DNA of 64,000 nt from an uncultured Clostridium sp. (GCA_948469315.1 CAOKLQ010000004.1:3517-67516); one strand, 5' to 3'; shown: positions 29,526 to 38,667, counted from the stretch's first letter. Program-made: numbers and translations. The notes: generated from the letters alone by a model not told the origin.

Positions 29526-30812
29526 ATGATTGATATTAAACTATTAAGAGAAAATCCTGATTTAGTTAAGGAAAATATTAAGAAAAAATTTCAAGATAAT
29601 AAATTATCTTTAGTTGATGAAGTATTAGATTTAGATATAAAAAATAGACAAGCAAAATTAAATGGAGATGAACTTAGAGCTAAAAGAAAAAATCTAAGTA
29701 ATGAAATTGGAAGCTTAATGCGTGAGGGAAAAAAAGATGAAGCTCAAAATATAAAACTTGAAGTTCAAAAAATAAATCAGCAGCTTGAAGAAAATGAAGC
29801 TTTAGAAAATAAATATTCGGAAGAAATTAATACTAAAATGATGAAAATCCCTAACATTATGCATAAATCTGTTCCAATAGGTGAAGATGATAGTAAAAAT
29901 GTCGAAATAAAAAAATATGGAGAGCAGGTTGTCCCTGATTATGAAATACCTTTTCATGGTGAGATTTTAGAAAATCTAGGTGGTTTAGACTTAGATAGTG
30001 CAAGACGTGTTGCAGGAAATGGATTTTACTATTTAATTGGGGATATAGCAAGACTTCATTCTGCAGTTTTGACTTATGCAAGAGATTTTATGATTAATAA
30101 AGGATTTACATATTGTATTCCACCATATATGATTCGTTCAGATGTTGTAACAGGTGTTATGAGCTTTGAGGAAATGGATGCTATGATGTATAAAATTGAA
30201 GGAGAAGATTTATATTTAATTGGTACATCAGAACATTCTATGATTGGTAAATTTAAAGATCAAATCTTAAAAAAAGAAAATTTACCTTATACTATGACAT
30301 CTTATTCACCTTGTTTTAGGAAAGAAAAAGGTGCACATGGAATAGAAGAACGTGGTATTTATAGAATTCATCAATTTGAAAAACAAGAAATGATTGTTGT
30401 ATGTGAGCCAGAAGACAGTTGGAATTGGTATGATAAAATGTGGTCTTATACAGTTGAATTATTTAAAAGTATGGATGTTCCTGTTCGTACATTAGAATGT
30501 TGTAGTGGAGATTTAGCAGACCTAAAAGCAAAAAGCTGTGATATTGAAGCATGGAGCCCAAGACAACAAAAATACTTCGAAGTTGGAAGTTGTTCTAACT
30601 TAACAGATGCCCAGAGTAGACGTTTAAGTATTAGGGTTAAAGGAGAAAAACAAAATTATCTACCACATACATTAAATAATACAGTAGTTGCCCCTCCTCG
30701 TATGCTAATTGCAATTATAGAAAATAATTACCAGGCAGATGGTAGCATTAAAATCCCTGAAGTTTTAAGACCTTATATGGGTGGCTTAGAAAAAATAACA
30801 AAACAAAAATAG
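29526..30812 (+). CDS. serS: Seryl-tRNA synthetase
   Basis: 428-aa ORF with an N-terminal coiled-coil arm (MIDIKLLRENPD) and class II core blocks (FRKEKGAHG, YRIHQFEKQE, NNTVVAPPR). Confidence 0.95.
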   Translation: MIDIKLLRENPDLVKENIKKKFQDNKLSLVDEVLDLDIKNRQAKLNGDELRAKRKNLSNEIGSLMREGKKDEAQNIKLEVQKINQQLEENEALENKYSEEINTKMMKIPNIMHKSVPIGEDDSKNVEIKKYGEQVVPDYEIPFHGEILENLGGLDLDSARRVAGNGFYYLIGDIARLHSAVLTYARDFMINKGFTYCIPPYMIRSDVVTGVMSFEEMDAMMYKIEGEDLYLIGTSEHSMIGKFKDQILKKENLPYTMTSYSPCFRKEKGAHGIEERGIYRIHQFEKQEMIVVCEPEDSWNWYDKMWSYTVELFKSMDVPVRTLECCSGDLADLKAKSCDIEAWSPRQQKYFEVGSCSNLTDAQSRRLSIRVKGEKQNYLPHTLNNTVVAPPRMLIAIIENNYQADGSIKIPEVLRPYMGGLEKITKQK

Positions 30813-30837
30813 ATTTTATTAAAAAGGATGTTGAATT

Positions 30838-31680
30838 ATGAAAAAAAGTAATATGGATAATCCATATAGTTTTTGTACATTTAATCAGTCTGACTTATTT
30901 TATAGTGATAATAATATTGAAAATGAAAATTCTATAATTACCGATATTCCTAATGAAGATGAACAAACATATTTATATGAACATTACGGAATTTTACAAG
31001 AATATTGCTATACAAATGGAAATACTAATTTATATAATAAATTTGGTAATGATAAATTAGCTTTGCTATATGAAAGAAGTCAAGATAAAAATAAGACTAC
31101 TAATGTATTAATATATAATTGTAATATGTGTTATATTAGTACATTAAAATCTGATTATTTTGATATTATAAGCTATACTGATGCTAAAGACTTTATGTTT
31201 ATAGAAAACGTCTTAAGCATTACATCAAAACTTCCTATTGTAAGACGTGTTGGTAATAGTTTATGTAATAAATATTCCAGTAATCATTTAAATTCTATAT
31301 TAGTAAATGGACAATTTATTAGTACTAGCAAAAATAAATTGCTTGCCGATGATTTTAGGAAAACATATATGAGATATAATATGGCTACAAATCTTATTCC
31401 TGCGCAGTGTACAATAAAAGAAATATTAAAAATTATTCACAAATATATTGTAACTGGCAAATTAGATGAAACTAATCTATTAACTAACTATATACATTTG
31501 CAAAATTTTGCACAAATGTGTTCTGGAACAATAACTCAATTAGCTGATTTTATTTCTAATCCTTCTTGTATAGATTTAAGAAATCTATGTGACTTTTTAA
31601 ATAAAAAAATTCATAATATAGAAAATCTAATTAATATGTATTTAAGCAACGAATTAGAAAAAGATAGTAGGAGTAAATAA
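30838..31680 (+). CDS. Hypothetical protein
   Basis: 280-aa N/Y-rich ORF wedged between serS and engB. No motif recognised. Confidence 0.5.
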   Translation: MKKSNMDNPYSFCTFNQSDLFYSDNNIENENSIITDIPNEDEQTYLYEHYGILQEYCYTNGNTNLYNKFGNDKLALLYERSQDKNKTTNVLIYNCNMCYISTLKSDYFDIISYTDAKDFMFIENVLSITSKLPIVRRVGNSLCNKYSSNHLNSILVNGQFISTSKNKLLADDFRKTYMRYNMATNLIPAQCTIKEILKIIHKYIVTGKLDETNLLTNYIHLQNFAQMCSGTITQLADFISNPSCIDLRNLCDFLNKKIHNIENLINMYLSNELEKDSRSK

Positions 31681-31682
31681 TT

Positions 31683-32267
31683 ATGATAGTAAAAAATCCA
31701 AAATTTGAAATTTCAGCAGTAAGTCAAAAGCAATATCCAAAAAATAACTTACCAGAAGTTGTTTTAGTTGGAAAATCTAATGTTGGAAAATCAAGTTTTA
31801 TAAATACAATGATTAACAGAAAAAAACTTGCAAGAACAAGTAGCGAGCCTGGTAAAACAAGACAATTAAACTTTTACAATATTGACGATAAATTTTACTT
31901 TGTAGATCTTCCAGGATATGGGTATAGTAAAATGAGTAAAAAAGAGCAATTACAAGTTGGAAAATTTACAGAAGAATATTTATTTAGTAGAAAACAAATT
32001 GTCTTAATTATCTTCTTAGTAGATATTAGGCATAAACCAACTGAGAATGACAAACTTATGTACAATTATGTTATAAGTTCAAAATTACCATTTATAATAC
32101 TTACAAATAAAGCAGATAAAATAGCTATAACTAAAGTAGATGATACTTGCAAAAAAATTCAAAAGGACTTAAATCCTATTGGAGATGCAATTTGTCTTCC
32201 ATTTTCTGCTGAAAGAAAAATTTATATCCAAGATGTCTGGAAAGAAATTTACAAAATTTTTGATTAA
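31683..32267 (+). CDS. engB: Ribosome biogenesis GTPase YsxC/EngB
   Basis: 194-aa ORF with G1 GKSNVGKSS, DLPGYG and NKADK motifs. Confidence 0.9.
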   Translation: MIVKNPKFEISAVSQKQYPKNNLPEVVLVGKSNVGKSSFINTMINRKKLARTSSEPGKTRQLNFYNIDDKFYFVDLPGYGYSKMSKKEQLQVGKFTEEYLFSRKQIVLIIFLVDIRHKPTENDKLMYNYVISSKLPFIILTNKADKIAITKVDDTCKKIQKDLNPIGDAICLPFSAERKIYIQDVWKEIYKIFD

Positions 32268-32327
32268 TTTAATAAAAAAAGATTAATATATTTTTACGTA
32301 GCAACAATTCGGGGGGACCGACAAGTT

Positions 32328-32385
32328 ACAATCTGCTAAAAATAATAAAATTTAAACTTCAATTTTATTATTTTTAGCAGATTGT
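32328..32385. repeat. Perfect 24-bp inverted repeat with a 10-nt loop
   Basis: ACAATCTGCTAAAAATAATAAAAT / ATTTTATTATTTTTAGCAGATTGT, enclosed by an outer GCAAC/GTTGC pairing and G-rich flanks. No T run follows it. Confidence 0.6.
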
Positions 32386-32445
32386 TCGTGGTTGGGAGTT
32401 GCAGTAAATATATTAATTCTTTTTAGCAATCAAATAAAATAAAAC

Positions 32446-32600
32446 AAAAAAGCAGATTTCAAGAATTGCTAAGCGATAGTAATTGTAAAGCAATTCTTGA
32501 AATCTGCATAATTCTCTTCTACAGAAATTTCTCATTCTTTATGAGAAATTTCCTAGAATATAAAAAAGATAGAAGAAAACTAATTTTCCTCTATCTTTTT
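32446..32600. repeat. Structured intergenic element, family B copy 2
   Basis: 18-bp stem GCAGATTTCAAGAATTGC/GCAATTCTTGAAATCTGC, 12-bp stem GAAATTTCTCAT/ATGAGAAATTTC, and terminal hairpin GATAGAAGAAAA/TTTTCCTCTATC. Confidence 0.55.
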
Positions 32601-32763
32601 TGTTATCATCTTAAGTGCCTTTGGTCTATCTATTAAAATTATATGTCCACACCCTGTACATTTTAATTTAAATTTTACACCTATTCCTAGTATCTCCCAA
32701 GTTTCACTTCCGACAAGGATGTTTCTTTTTTGTTTTAACAATATTTCCTATATTATATTCCAT
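32580..32763 (-). CDS. DUF951 family small protein; needs a +1 shift at CGG 32710-32712
   Basis: Not in the track. ATG 32763 overlaps the sortase stop. The 0 frame stops after MEYNIGNIVKTKKKHPCRK. Skipping a C in TGT-CGG-A gives ...KKHPCGSETWEILGIGVKFKLKCTGCGHIILIDRPKALKMITKKIEEN. Confidence 0.7.
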
Positions 32764-33482
32764 TATAACACCTCTGTAGCCTTTACAATAACTCTTTGTT
32801 TACTATCATTTGTACATGTAATTAAAGTCACTTCTCTTTTTCCCCCTGTTAGTTGACTTGTACATGCTACATCTTCTGGATCTACAGTATATTTATCATA
32901 TACAGAATATTTTAGTGTTCTTCCTGTTAAATCTGTTAATTCAATAATATCTCCATTTACAAGTGTAGGAACTTTACTAAAAAATTTTGTATTTCTGTAG
33001 TTATGACCTACTATACAAAAATTACCTACCTCATTTGGATTTGGTCCCCAGAATTTATTTGGGGAAATCTTAAGAAGTTCATCTGTCGCTTCTGATAACA
33101 CTGGATAATTTACTCCTATTTTTGGTATATTAACTATTGCAACTGTTGAATATTTAGTTCCAGATTTTGTAGTTTGTACTTCTGTACTAAATGCTGCTGT
33201 TTGTATAGATGTATCTTCTTCAGAATCATTTAACATTACTACTAATAGATCTCCTTCATTCCTTAAAACAGTATCATCTTCTACAACACCTATATCAACA
33301 TTTGCAAGTATTTCTTGTGATAACCTTTCACTTTTATATTTATCATATTCCTGATATATGTAATAACCAGCAAGTATAGTTACTAAAATAATAGAAATAC
33401 AAAATTGAACTTTATAAGCTTTTTTCTTTTTCTTTAATTCTGGTGTTACATATAATCTCTCAGTTATTAAAATTTGATTCAT
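32763..33482 (-). CDS. Sortase family transpeptidase
   Basis: 239-aa ORF with an N-terminal membrane anchor, a conserved His region (IVGHNY) and the catalytic TLITC motif. Confidence 0.85.
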   Translation of the reverse strand: MNQILITERLYVTPELKKKKKAYKVQFCISIILVTILAGYYIYQEYDKYKSERLSQEILANVDIGVVEDDTVLRNEGDLLVVMLNDSEEDTSIQTAAFSTEVQTTKSGTKYSTVAIVNIPKIGVNYPVLSEATDELLKISPNKFWGPNPNEVGNFCIVGHNYRNTKFFSKVPTLVNGDIIELTDLTGRTLKYSVYDKYTVDPEDVACTSQLTGGKREVTLITCTNDSKQRVIVKATEVL

Positions 33483-33586
33483 ATATATCTCCTATTCTTT
33501 TAATTTATAAAACTTCACATTTTTATTATAACATATAAAGTAGTACTTTTGAAATAGTTTTCTAAAATTTTTATTCAAAAATTTGT

Positions 33587-33630
33587 TTGACTTTTAATTT
33601 TTAATATGTTATACTACGTACAAATGTTTA
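33587..33630 (+). promoter_or_regulatory. Promoter of the radical SAM/DUF4130 pair with an SOS-box-like site
   Basis: TTGACT-17 nt-TATACT (33587-33615), immediately followed by CGTACAAATGTTTA (33617-33630), close to the CGAAC-N4-GTTCG consensus. Confidence 0.4.
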
Positions 33631-33644
33631 ATTAAGGTGAAAAA

Positions 33645-34943
33645 ATGGATATTTTAGATAAATTACAAATCTTAGCAGATTCTGCTAAATACGATGCTTC
33701 CTGCAGTTCTAGTGGAGGCACAAGAAAAAATAAAAATAATGGAATTGGAAATAGTAGTTTTGCTGGTATTTGTCATAGCTGGGCTGCAGATGGCAGATGT
33801 ATTTCTCTACTTAAAATATTATTTAGCAATTGTTGTATATATGATTGTAAATATTGTATTAATAGATGTACTAATAATGTAAAAAGAGCTACTTTTACAC
33901 CAAAAGAAGTGGCAGATATAACAGTTAATTTTTACAAAAGAAATTATATTGAAGGACTTTTTCTAAGTTCTGCTGTTATAAAATCTCCTGACTTTACAAT
34001 GGAATTATTAATTCAAACTGTTTCTATTTTACGAAATGAATATAATTTTAATGGATATATTCATTGTAAAACAATACCTGGTTGTAGCAAAGAGCTAACT
34101 CATAAATTAGGACTTCTAGCAGATAGACTTAGTATTAATATCGAACTTCCATCTAATGATAGTTTAAGGCTGCTTGCTCCTCAAAAAGAAAAAAATGGTA
34201 TTTTAGAGCCTATGAGTTATGTCTCTAATGGAATTAAACAAAATCGACTTGAAAAAAGTAGGTTTAAACAAAGTTTTGTTCCAGCTGGTCAAACCACTCA
34301 ATTAATTGTTGGAGCAACTCCAGAAAGTGATCTAAAAATATTAAAACTTTCAGAAGGATTATATGAAAAACTAAATTTAAAAAGAGTTTACTACTCTGCT
34401 TATGTAAGTATTAATAATGATAAAAATTTGCCTACTTTAGAAGCGCCTCCTTTGCTTCGCGAAAATAGGCTATATCAAGCAGATTGGCTACTTAGATATT
34501 ATGGATTTAAAGCAGATGAATTACTAAATAGCACAAATCCTAATTTTAATAACATCTTAGATCCTAAATGTGATTGGGCTTTAAGAAATATAGATAAATT
34601 CCCAGTTGAAATAAATACTGCTGATTACTTCACTTTACTTCGTACTCCTGGAATTGGCGTTATATCTGCAAAAAAAATAATTAGGGCAAGACATGAATTT
34701 TTACTTAATTTCAAAGATTTAAAAAAGCTAGGAATTGTATTAAAAAGAGCAAAATATTTTATTACTTGCAAAGGAAAATATTTTGATAAAATTTATAAAT
34801 TTAATCAAGATTTTATTGAAACAAATTTAATTTATCAAGAAAGAAACGCTCTTCCAAATCCTGAATTTAAACAACTATCTATTTTTGATAAATTAGAACC
34901 TACAAAGGAGGATAAAATAAAATGTCTAACTGGAAGTTTATAG
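33645..34943 (+). CDS. Putative DNA modification/repair radical SAM protein (TIGR03916-like)
   Basis: 432-aa ORF with N-terminal LADSAKYDASCSSSG and radical SAM cluster motif CIYDCKYC (CX3CX2C). It is paired with the next gene, as the family description states. Confidence 0.75.
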   Translation: MDILDKLQILADSAKYDASCSSSGGTRKNKNNGIGNSSFAGICHSWAADGRCISLLKILFSNCCIYDCKYCINRCTNNVKRATFTPKEVADITVNFYKRNYIEGLFLSSAVIKSPDFTMELLIQTVSILRNEYNFNGYIHCKTIPGCSKELTHKLGLLADRLSINIELPSNDSLRLLAPQKEKNGILEPMSYVSNGIKQNRLEKSRFKQSFVPAGQTTQLIVGATPESDLKILKLSEGLYEKLNLKRVYYSAYVSINNDKNLPTLEAPPLLRENRLYQADWLLRYYGFKADELLNSTNPNFNNILDPKCDWALRNIDKFPVEINTADYFTLLRTPGIGVISAKKIIRARHEFLLNFKDLKKLGIVLKRAKYFITCKGKYFDKIYKFNQDFIETNLIYQERNALPNPEFKQLSIFDKLEPTKEDKIKCLTGSL

Positions 34944-35680
34944 ATAAAACTTATTTATATGATGGTACATTATATGGATTTTTAAGTATTGTGTTTGAAT
35001 GCTTTACAAATAAGACTATTCCACAAAAAATTTTTTCGCAAACTAATTATTGTTCTAATTTTTTAGATGATACAGTTTATATACAAACAGATAACAAAAA
35101 AGCTAAACGAGTTTTTATAGGCATTGAAAAAAATATTAGTTTTACAACTCTTTACAATACCTACTATGCTTTTTCCTCTAATGAAGAAAATAAAGAAATA
35201 TATTTACTTAAATATCTTTGTGATGGTTTTGAAATTGGTCCTAATATTAATAACAGACTTACTTTTTTACATGTTTATAAAGTACTTAGTATGAAAAAAA
35301 GATCCTTTGGAGAATGTCATAGACTAAAAGGGTTACTTCGTTTCAAAGAAGTTGGTAAAAATCTATACTATGCTTCAATTCATCCAGACAATAATATTAT
35401 AGAGCCTCTAGGACATCATTTTATAAATCGCCTTCCTACACAAAATTTTATAATACATGATAAAATAAGAAATATTTGCCTTTTATACAATGGCACAGAA
35501 TATAAAATTGTAGATGCTGTAAATTTAAAAGTTCCTAATATATCTGAAAATGAACAAAAATATCAAGAATTGTGGAAAATATTTTTCAAAACTATTGCTA
35601 TTTCTGAGCGCAAAAATTTAAGGTGCCAAATGCAGTATATGCCTAAAAAATATTGGAAAGATTTAGTTGAAGAGCCTTAA
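34922..35680 (+). CDS. DUF4130 / TIGR03915-like putative DNA metabolism protein
   Basis: 252-aa ORF that overlaps the radical SAM gene by 22 nt. This is the expected partner position. Confidence 0.65.
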   Translation: MSNWKFIDKTYLYDGTLYGFLSIVFECFTNKTIPQKIFSQTNYCSNFLDDTVYIQTDNKKAKRVFIGIEKNISFTTLYNTYYAFSSNEENKEIYLLKYLCDGFEIGPNINNRLTFLHVYKVLSMKKRSFGECHRLKGLLRFKEVGKNLYYASIHPDNNIIEPLGHHFINRLPTQNFIIHDKIRNICLLYNGTEYKIVDAVNLKVPNISENEQKYQELWKIFFKTIAISERKNLRCQMQYMPKKYWKDLVEEP

Positions 35681-35682
35681 AA

Positions 35683-35814
35683 TTAGGCTCTATCTTCTTT
35701 TTTATCTCTTTCTTGATTTATAACAATATTATTAAATAATTCTTCTATATTATATTTTGAGTTAAATTCTTCTAATTTCTTATTTTTCTCAGTATCATCT
35801 TCTCTTTTTAACAT
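35683..35814 (-). CDS. Possible small acidic protein (43 aa)
   Basis: Below the track cutoff. SD AAAGGAGAA precedes ATG 35814. Translation is MLKREDDTEKNKKLEEFNSKYNIEELFNNIVINQERDKKEDRA. Confidence 0.25.
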   Translation of the reverse strand: MLKREDDTEKNKKLEEFNSKYNIEELFNNIVINQERDKKEDRA

Positions 35815-35841
35815 TTGGTTCTCCTTTCTTTTTTCTAATGA

Positions 35842-35899
35842 CAGGGGACACACCTTTTTCTAGGGATATTCTTTGTAGTTCAAGGTATGTCCCACTACG
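35842..35899 (-). repeat. REP-like element, long-loop variant
   Basis: Arms GGGGACACACC and GGTATGTCCC, followed by ACTACG. Same arm family as 42167-42194. Confidence 0.45.
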
Positions 35900-35946
35900 C
35901 ATATGTTTTACCTATGTCATAACATTAGCGAGTTATATATTTACAA

Positions 35947-35981
35947 CGCTTTGTGGGTCGCCGAAGGCGTCGACTCCTACA
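35947..35981 (-). repeat. REP-like element overlapping the rsmA stop codon
   Basis: Minus-strand reading is TGTAGGAGTCGACGCCTTCGGCGACCCACAAAGCG, which aligns with the cgs copy CGTAGGGGTCGCTACTTTGGGCGACTCAAAAAACG. Its TGTAG supplies the final ATG and the TAG stop of rsmA. Confidence 0.5.
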
Positions 35982-36831
35982 TTTGGTTTGCTATGTTTGC
36001 AAAATCCCTAATTGTTAATTTTTCTGCTCTGATATTTGAGTCTATGTTTAGGTCTTGTAATATTTTTGTTAATTTGTCTTTTTGTATTAGTCCACTATTT
36101 GATATTGAATTTACTAGTGTTTTTCTTCTTTGCATAAATGCTTGTTTTATTAGTTTAAATAGTAAGTCTTTATCTTGTACTTGGACTATGGGGCTTTTTC
36201 TTATTTTTAGATTTATAACTTCTGACCTAACTGACGGTTCTGGTATAAACGAAGTTTTTTCTACTATTCTAACATTTTGGGCTTCTGCATAAAAATATAC
36301 TGTGTATGTAATTGCTCCTGTATCTTTATCACCTGGAATTGCAATTAGCCTATTAGCAACTTCCTTTTGAACCATAACTGTTATACTTTGTATATCTAGC
36401 ATATCTTCTAATAATTTCATTATAATTGGAGTTGTTATGTAATATGGCAAGTTTGCAACTATTTTTATATTTTTTATATTATCTTTTTTATTATTTTGTA
36501 TTAGTGTTTTTAAATCAACTTTCAAAACATCTTCATTAATAATTTCAAAGTTTTCATATAAGAAAAATCTATCCTTTAATATAGAAATCATCCTATGATC
36601 TAATTCAATACAAATAACTTTTCCTGCTCTTTCTAATAAATACTTAGTTAGGGTCCCAAGCCCTGGACCAATTTCTAGTACAGCATCTTCTTTTCCTATA
36701 TTTGCAGCATTTATACTATCTAAAATTACATCTTCATCTATTAAAAAATTTTGTCCTAAATTTTTATTTGCTGAAATATTATATTTTTTCATTAAAAATT
36801 TAGTTTCATCATATAAATTCATACTTTTCAC
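35977..36831 (-). CDS. rsmA: 16S rRNA (adenine1518/1519-N6)-dimethyltransferase
   Basis: 284-aa ORF with LGQNFLID and the SAM motif VLEIGPGLGTLT. Confidence 0.92.
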   Translation of the reverse strand: MKSMNLYDETKFLMKKYNISANKNLGQNFLIDEDVILDSINAANIGKEDAVLEIGPGLGTLTKYLLERAGKVICIELDHRMISILKDRFFLYENFEIINEDVLKVDLKTLIQNNKKDNIKNIKIVANLPYYITTPIIMKLLEDMLDIQSITVMVQKEVANRLIAIPGDKDTGAITYTVYFYAEAQNVRIVEKTSFIPEPSVRSEVINLKIRKSPIVQVQDKDLLFKLIKQAFMQRRKTLVNSISNSGLIQKDKLTKILQDLNIDSNIRAEKLTIRDFANIANQM

Positions 36832-36978
36832 CCTTTTTCCTTAAGCTTGATTATATAATACAAAAATATTTTTGTAAAACAAATATATGTTTGAAAAATA
36901 CTAGACAAAACAAAGCATATACATTATAATAATTTTATCCTTTTTTTAGAGGAAATCTAGGAAAGGAGGGCAAAACTT

Positions 36979-37065
36979 ATGACATCTTACGATTTAATCT
37001 GGCAATTAATTGTTTTATTATTACTTAAAGATAAAAACAATAATAACAATGAAAACCAGAAGTAA
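36979..37065 (+). CDS. 28-codon hydrophobic peptide, type I toxin-like
   Basis: Preceded by promoter TAGACA-17-TATAAT (36902-36930) and SD GGAAAGGAGGG. Translation is MTSYDLIWQLIVLLLLKDKNNNNNENQK. A terminator lies at 37078-37108. Confidence 0.35.
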   Translation: MTSYDLIWQLIVLLLLKDKNNNNNENQK

Positions 37066-37109
37066 AGAGCAATCTTTCAGGCGGGACGACAACCCGTCTT
37101 TTCTTTTTA

Positions 37110-37179
37110 TAAAAAAGAGATGTGTTGACGAAACACACCCCAAGCAAACTTATTTTGACATCTTACGAGTTTGCTAGCT
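37110..37179 (-). ncRNA. Candidate ~70-nt small RNA, convergent with the small ORF
   Basis: Minus-strand promoter TTGCAT-17-TATAAT (37186-37214), internal stem GCAAACT/AGTTTGC, and a terminator stem plus T run at 37109-37140. It contains the complement of the small-ORF start region. Confidence 0.3.
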
Positions 37180-37299
37180 ATAATTATTATAGCATATACA
37201 CTTATTTTATGCAAGCATTTTTTTATTATACTTTCGTTTCCTCTATTTTTTAATTTAACCTTTTTCCATAATTATAACTTTGCTCTTGAATTTTTGTAT

Positions 37300-37662
37300 T
37301 TACATTATTTGCTTTATATGATTTATTCTATAAGTATTATTTGTTATAAAAACCTCTAATACATCAATCCTTACAAAAGTAGTATCTAACATATTATATT
37401 TATATAAATAATATCTTGCTGTTTTATATATATGCTTTTTTTTAGTTTCATCTACTGCATCTGCTGGGTTTCCGTATTTTACATTTGTTCTTGTTTTTAC
37501 TTCTATAAATACTAATTCTTCTTTTTTATTATCAAACGCTATAATATCTATTTCTCCTGTTTTACATTCAAAATTTCTTTCAATTATAGTATAACCTTCA
37601 TCTTCTAAAAATTTTACGCTATAGTCTTCTCCTTTTTTTCCAATTATATGTCTTTCATACAT
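37300..37662 (-). CDS. YraN family (UPF0102) putative endonuclease
   Basis: 120-aa ORF with GKKGEDYSVKFLEDEGYTIIERNF...GEIDIIA...VFIEVKTR. Confidence 0.85.
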   Translation of the reverse strand: MYERHIIGKKGEDYSVKFLEDEGYTIIERNFECKTGEIDIIAFDNKKEELVFIEVKTRTNVKYGNPADAVDETKKKHIYKTARYYLYKYNMLDTTFVRIDVLEVFITNNTYRINHIKQIM

Positions 37663-37699
37663 CTTTATCTTCCTTATAATATATATTTTTTATGTTTTA

Positions 37700-38576
37700 T
37701 TATTTTCTTTTTATAAAATTTCCTGGCAAAACCTCTATTAGTCCTTCTATTTCCATCATTGTAATTAAGTAATTTAAATCGCTTATATTACAATTTAATT
37801 TTTTACTAACAACATTAATTGAAATTTCTTTATTACCAAGTATTTCATACAAAACTTTGTATTCATCTTTTACTTGCTTTTTTAGTATTACATTTTCTTT
37901 TTTTATTTCTTTTGTAGTTAAAAATTCATATTCATCTATAATGTCATCTGCACAAGTTACTAATTTTGCGCCTTCCTGAATTAATCTGTTATTTCCAACT
38001 CCTGTTATAGTTTCTAATGGGTGTGGCACACAAAATACTTTTTTCCCTTGTTCTACTGCAAGTTTTGCAGTTATACTTGTTCCGCTTCTATAGGCTGATT
38101 CTATTACTAATGTTCCTATACTTATAGCACTTACTATTCTATTTCTTTGTGGAAAATACTTTGTATTAGCTTCTACATTTGGCTCATATTCTGAAATTAT
38201 TAATCCATTATTTTCTAAAATATTATAGTATAGATTTGTATTTTCTTTTGGGTATATTACATTTACTCCACAGCCAAGTACAGCAATTGTTTTTCCACCT
38301 ACTTCAAGACATGATATGTGAGATGCTGAATCTATTCCTTTTGCCATTCCGCTTGTTATTACAATTCCTCTTTTGCTAAGCTCTCCGTGAAAACTTACTT
38401 GCCATTTGTATCCCATATTCACTTGCACATCTCGAACCTATTATTGCAATTGATGTTTCATTTAGTAAATTAATATTTCCTTTATAATATAACTGCTTTG
38501 GCGGTTTTCTTATATTTCTTAATTTTTCTGGAAATATTGGATCATTTGCTAATATACTCTTACATTTTATTTTAAT
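37700..38576 (-). CDS. dprA: DNA processing protein DprA (short form); needs a +1 shift at CGG 38385-38387
   Basis: Upstream frame reads ...IAIIGSRCASEYGIQMASKFS then CGG. Skipping the C continues GELSKRGIVITSGMAKGIDSASH... as in ORF 37700..38428. The start codon is uncertain (ATT/ATA after AGGAGG). Confidence 0.75.
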
Positions 38577-38608
38577 TACCTCCTAATTTTATTTAGTATT
38601 ATTTATAT

Positions 38609-38653
38609 AAACGAATCGATGAGGTTGAAGGCCCCTACATTGTTTGATTCGTT
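38609..38653 (-). repeat. REP-like element inside a 9-bp inverted repeat
   Basis: AAACGAATC...GATTCGTTT encloses GAGGTTGAAGGCCCCTACA (minus-strand head ATGTAGGGGCC). It lies downstream of comM. Confidence 0.45.
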
Positions 38654-38667
38654 TTTCTTTTTATATT

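Noticed and set aside
36979-37151. A longer reading of the small ORF through the terminator
   Set aside because: Re-reading the sequence shows a TAA at 37063-37065. The peptide is 28 aa and the terminator lies downstream, as expected.
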